Assembly: GCF_006345805.1 (NCBI RefSeq)
Contig: NW_021826613.1
Coordinates: forward strand, 1-12,000
Direction: 5' to 3'
Origin: Octopus sinensis
Taxonomy: Eukaryota
DNA length: 12,000 bases
Every line of letters starts with the position of its first letter. The stretch's first letter is position 1. The translations under genes and the position numbers were made by a program. The notes beneath the pieces are model-generated. The model was given only the letters and a program-made list of their open reading frames with translations, ran no database searches and was not told the DNA's origin. Below, piece by piece: positions 7,576 through 12,000 of this stretch.

Positions 7576-8011
7576 ATAGGGATAATGTAAACTTATTAAA
7601 TAACCGTTTTGAACTAGGAGCATCGTGCATACATTGTACTACACGTACCTTTAAATATTTAAAAAATAGCATTCTGTTATTCCTAAATTTTAGATCTTAA
7701 TGTTTTTTAAAAAATCAATAAGGAAATAGCATACCCTGCTACTTTTTATTATTTAATCAGCAATAGTTATTAATTATTGATAACTATTAATTATTAATAA
7801 CTATTAATTATTTGGTGATCAGTAAATAAATTTTACTGAAAATAGGATATATTTGCAGAGAGGTTGCAGTCATCTCAGCTAGCGAGACTTGATATCCTGG
7901 ATTGATGACGAGCAATAGACTCAGAAACATATGTCTTCAGGTGCTAGTCCCAACTGGCGGGGGTGATTGCCTCCCCTTTGTAAATATAAGGACACAGAAA
8001 ATGTGTCAAAG

Positions 8012-8549
8012 CCGACAGGAAACATCGATGCCCAGTGTGAAACTGGTACTTTAGTTATCAACCCCGAAAGGATGAAAGGCAAAGTCGACCTCGGCAGAAT
8101 TTGAACTCAGAACGTAACGATAGGCGAAATACCTATTTCTTTACTGCCCACAAGGGGCTACACACAGAGGGGACAAACAAGAACAGACAAAACAGATTAA
8201 GTCGATTACATCGACCCCAGTGCGTAACTGGTACTTAATTTATCTACCCTGAAAGGATGAAAGGCAAAGTCGACCTCGGCAGAATTTGAACTCAGAACGT
8301 AACGACAGGCGAAATACCTATTTCTTTACTGCCCACAAGGGGCTACACACAGAGGGGACAAACAAGAACAGACAAACAGATTAAGTCGATTACATCGACC
8401 CCAGTGCGTAACTAGTACTTAATTTATCTACCCTGAAAGGATAAAAGGCAAAGTCGACCTCGGCGGAATTTGAACTCAGAACGTAGCAGCAGATGAAATA
8501 CCGCTAAGCATTTCGCCCGGCGTGCTAACGATTTTGCCAGCTCGCCGCC
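8012..8549 (-). mobile_element. tRNA-derived SINE family B: one head plus a tandem array of ~185-bp body units
   Basis: The minus strand starts ggcggcgagctggcaaaatcgttagc (A box) and has GAGTTCAAATTC (B box). The motif gat(g/a)aaaggcaaagtcgacc recurs at 8071, 8256 and 8440. Confidence 0.92.
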
Positions 8550-8574
8550 TTACCCATACAATATAGGGAGGGAG

Positions 8575-8715
8575 AATGAGAGAGAGAGAGAGAGAGAGAA
8601 TATAGAAGAGAGAGAGAGAGAGAGAGAGAAAGAAAGATAGAAAGAGAGAGAGAGAAAGAAAGATAGAAAGAGAGAAAGAGAGAGAAAGAAAGATAGAAAG
8701 AGAGAGAGAAAAAGA
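8575..8715. repeat. (GA)n/(GAAA)n/(GATA)n polypurine tract
   Basis: Direct reading. Confidence 0.95.
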
Positions 8716-9104
8716 GTGAGCGCGATAGACTTACTAGTAGAGTCTTATATGCGTGCGCACAGAGCGCACATAATGTGTACACAAACATACAATGGTACAC
8801 ACAACTAAATAGACGGCTAATTTTTAATACTTAAGTGATTTCCAGATTTCCACTACCCGATCACGATAGGTATGTGAGATATGTCATTTGCCTTTTGAAC
8901 CCTTTATCGTTAGAAGCCCTATTTCCTTCAATCCCTACCATACCACATAACTTCTCACTTCCCCTCCGCCACAAATCCCTCCTTTTTTCATGCTAAAATA
9001 GTTAGGTAGGCAAGTAGGTGCCATACGAAGTGCTTTCTTCACCTAAATTTTCTTTTTCTTTATCCGCCATTTTTTTTATTCCTGGATTAATCAATATCAC
9101 TATT

Positions 9105-9870
9105 ATGACGTATACGTGCATATACACATACGCATACGAACACATACACGTACACATATACACACATACACACACATACACATGTACATATACACACAAA
9201 CACGCATATAGACACACGCATACACATATACACACGCATACAGAGGTATACTTACATGCATATACACATACATGAATATTACACATCCGTACACATACAC
9301 ACAGAAACACACGCATAGATGTTTATACACGTATATGCAAATACATGCATACACACGTATATATGCTTAGGCATATATACGTGTACAGACACAGGTACAC
9401 ACACATGCACATACATATACACACATACTCACATACACTTATACAGATACATACCCATATAAATAAACACACATACGCATACAGTGACATACTCATACAC
9501 ATATACGAATGTTACACATACGTACACATTCACACAGAAACACACACACATAGATGCTCATATATATACTCATGCATGCATATACGAGTACATATAGATT
9601 CACCTTCATATGCACACGCATATACACACATATATACATACATATACATATATTTATATGAACACACTTCCTTATAAAAACACGTATATGCATATACATA
9701 CATGCATACATGAATCTATAGATTCCTACCTAGGCACATACTCACATACATTTACGTATACGAACAGAAATACAAATAAATTCACACGCACACATGCACA
9801 CATGCGTACGCATTGATATAATTTGTCGCATTCATACACATATGTACGCATATATTATACAAAAACATAC
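9105..9870. repeat. Long degenerate (CA)/(TA)/(CATA) low-complexity tract
   Basis: Direct reading. The overlapping H/T/Y/I and C/V/M ORFs are artefacts. Confidence 0.9.
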
Positions 9871-9974
9871 ACACGGACGCCATTTTGAATTCTTGCTTCA
9901 TGTTCTTTCTCGCTCTCTGAGTATAAATGTCGAGTTTTTGTCTGCCTGCCTCTTTCTTCGTTGCCTCTTCTTGT

Positions 9975-10053
9975 CTGTCTGTCTACCTATCTATCTGTCT
10001 ATCGTATATCTGCTCATCTTTCAGCTTTCTCTGAGATTTCATGTAAATATCGA

Positions 10054-10118
<65 letters not shown>

Positions 10119-10260
10119 CTATCTCTCTCTCTCTCTCTTTCTCTCTATCTCTCTATCTATCTCTCTATCTATCTCTCTATCTATCTATCTATCTGTTTGT
10201 CTGTCTGTCAGTCTGTCTGTCTGTCTATCTGTATCTCTTTCTCTCTCTCTCTCTCCCCCC

Positions 10261-10322
<62 letters not shown>

Positions 10323-10335
10323 ATATATATATATA
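9975..10335. repeat. Compound (TCTG)n-(TCTA)n-(TC)n-(TA)n microsatellite
   Basis: Perfect (TATC)n at about 10054-10114, TC runs to 10255, then TA to 10335. Confidence 0.95.
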
Positions 10336-10710
10336 GTTCAGCAAAATTTAGATTCAGATGAATATGGTACTTAAGTTAAAGGCACCAGAATTTGGTATGG
10401 TATTATCCATATAAATCAAATGGGGGGATTATAATCAAAATAAGCAACAAGGATATCCAAGGTAGTGTAGTACAATCGTTTCATGATACTTCATTTTATT
10501 AAACACGAAGTATTACATCAGTTTTAAACATGTAGAGCAATCTTCAAGCACATATAGAATTTATTTTTATACTTATTTCATTCCTAATGATGAAATTAAC
10601 CTCTCTGTCTATATATCTATCCTCTTTATAATATTGGCAAATGAGTTCCTTCACCCTTTATCTGGATTTACTTTCGTTGCGCTTCTTATATGTTACCAAT
10701 AGCGCTCAAA

Positions 10711-11128
10711 GAGTGACCCGACACTCACTCAAGAGGGACGGGACAATCAATCAAAAGTGACCTGACACTCACTCAACTACGACCTGACATTCACTCAAGA
10801 GCGATATTCACCTGATGTTCTCTCATGGGTAACTTGATGCATTACTCAAGTGCAACCGGACACTCACTCAAGAACGACCTGACGTTCAGTCAAGAGCTAC
10901 ATGACACTCACTCAAGAGCGACCTGACTCTCTCTCAGTTACGACCTGACACTCAAGATCGACCTGAAACCTTACTCAAAAGTAACCTGACACATTACTCA
11001 AGAGCGACGTGACACACATTCAAGTGCGGCCTGACACTCACAAGAGACTTGACATTCACTCGAAGGCGACCTGATACTTTACTCAAGAGCGACCTTACAC
11101 TCACTTGAGTGTGACTTGATATTAGCAA
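10711..11128. repeat. 22-bp minisatellite, consensus GAGCGACCTGACACTCACTCAA, about 19 diverged units
   Basis: Units such as gagtgacccgacactcactcaa, aagtgacctgacactcactcaa, gagctacatgacactcactcaa and gagcgaccttacactcacttga occur head-to-tail. Confidence 0.92.
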
Positions 11129-11129
11129 T

Positions 11130-11625
11130 CACTACCATGGATACAAGCGCCATACGCCAACACCTCTAGCACCAACACCACCATCACCACCATCGTTATC
11201 ACCACCACCACTACAACAATCACCGACAATTCTACCACCTCCATCATTTATACCACCACTACAACCACTGCCAATACCAAGACCAGTACCATCTCTAATA
11301 CTACCAATATAAAAACACTACAGCCATCACCAGCACCAAGACCGGCACCATTTCAACCACCACCAACGCCATCGATACCCAGATCAACACTACTATAAGC
11401 ATTAGAAACACTAAGAGCAAAACCACCACTAATAGTTATACCACTACTCCCATAATCTCCTCCAACACCGATACCAACGCCACCACCACGACTGTCACCA
11501 CACCATCACCACCACTACCACCACATCATCGCCACCAACACCAAAACCAATACAATCACAACCATCAACGCCAACAACAACAGCGGCATCACCAGAACAA
11601 TCATCACCACCAACACCACAAATAA
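11130..11625. repeat. Degenerate (ACC/CAC)n trinucleotide low-complexity tract
   Basis: Dominated by acc/cca/caa/cat triplets, with frame changes and stops. Confidence 0.85.
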
Positions 11626-12000
11626 CACACACATTGGAATTCATACATACATACACACATATACACATCCATATATGCATGCACATACAGACATAGAAGC
11701 ACCGTTGGTAGGAGTATTAACCCTCTACCCACTACTCCCCCATCACAAATGATCACCAGGGTGAACAGCAATATGACAACGATTGCAAACAAAGAAAAAG
11801 AAAACCCCACAGAAAATCAGAAACCTCCATATTCGTTGATTATAGTGCTTGGTAGGTCCTTCCTATAAAATATGCATTTATATTTTTTTTTCTTTTAACA
11901 CTTATTTTCTCTTGTTGACATCGTTTGGGTTTTTTCTCTTTTTTGTATGTTTTCTTAGTTATTTTCATGCATCACTGATTGTCGTGTTGACTTCACGTCT

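Noticed and set aside
7762-7812. Short AT-rich direct and inverted repeats (atagttat...ataactat; taactattaattatt twice)
   Set aside because: Expected by chance or slippage in >85% AT sequence.
9794-10336. 180-aa ORF, the longest in the track
   Set aside because: Mostly (TCTA)n, (TC)n and (TA)n translation (YLSI, SL and YI repeats).
10711-11128. CRISPR-like array
   Set aside because: Units are contiguous and degenerate, with no unique spacers. The context is eukaryotic and there are no cas genes.

Overview
Eukaryotic, AT-rich, repeat-dominated non-coding DNA (intergenic or intronic); no protein-coding gene can be supported, and almost all ORFs in the track are translations of microsatellites. 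The mix of long (TA)n/(CA)n/(GATA)n tracts and tRNA-headed SINEs resembles an Octopus (coleoid cephalopod) genome; this is recalled resemblance, not a database result. Contents: (i) three tRNA-derived SINE families: family A (3 near full-length ~400-bp copies plus several fragments), family B (one head followed by a ~185-bp tandem array), family C (one head); (ii) several short ORF-less elements abutting (TA)n tracts that carry minimal type I hammerhead-ribozyme (HHR) motifs of the kind known from Penelope-like element (PLE) pseudo-LTRs, at 647-682(-), 3121-3155(+), 3748-3857(+) and 5169-5210(+), plus partial ones; (iii) a ~590-bp near-perfect palindrome (3456-4043) made of two head-to-head copies of one such HHR element; (iv) a 22-bp minisatellite (10711-11128); (v) many microsatellites. 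The most interesting signal is the set of (TA)n-embedded HHR-bearing short elements. Each copy carries at least one apparent defect, so activity is not claimed. All alignments and base pairings were done by eye.
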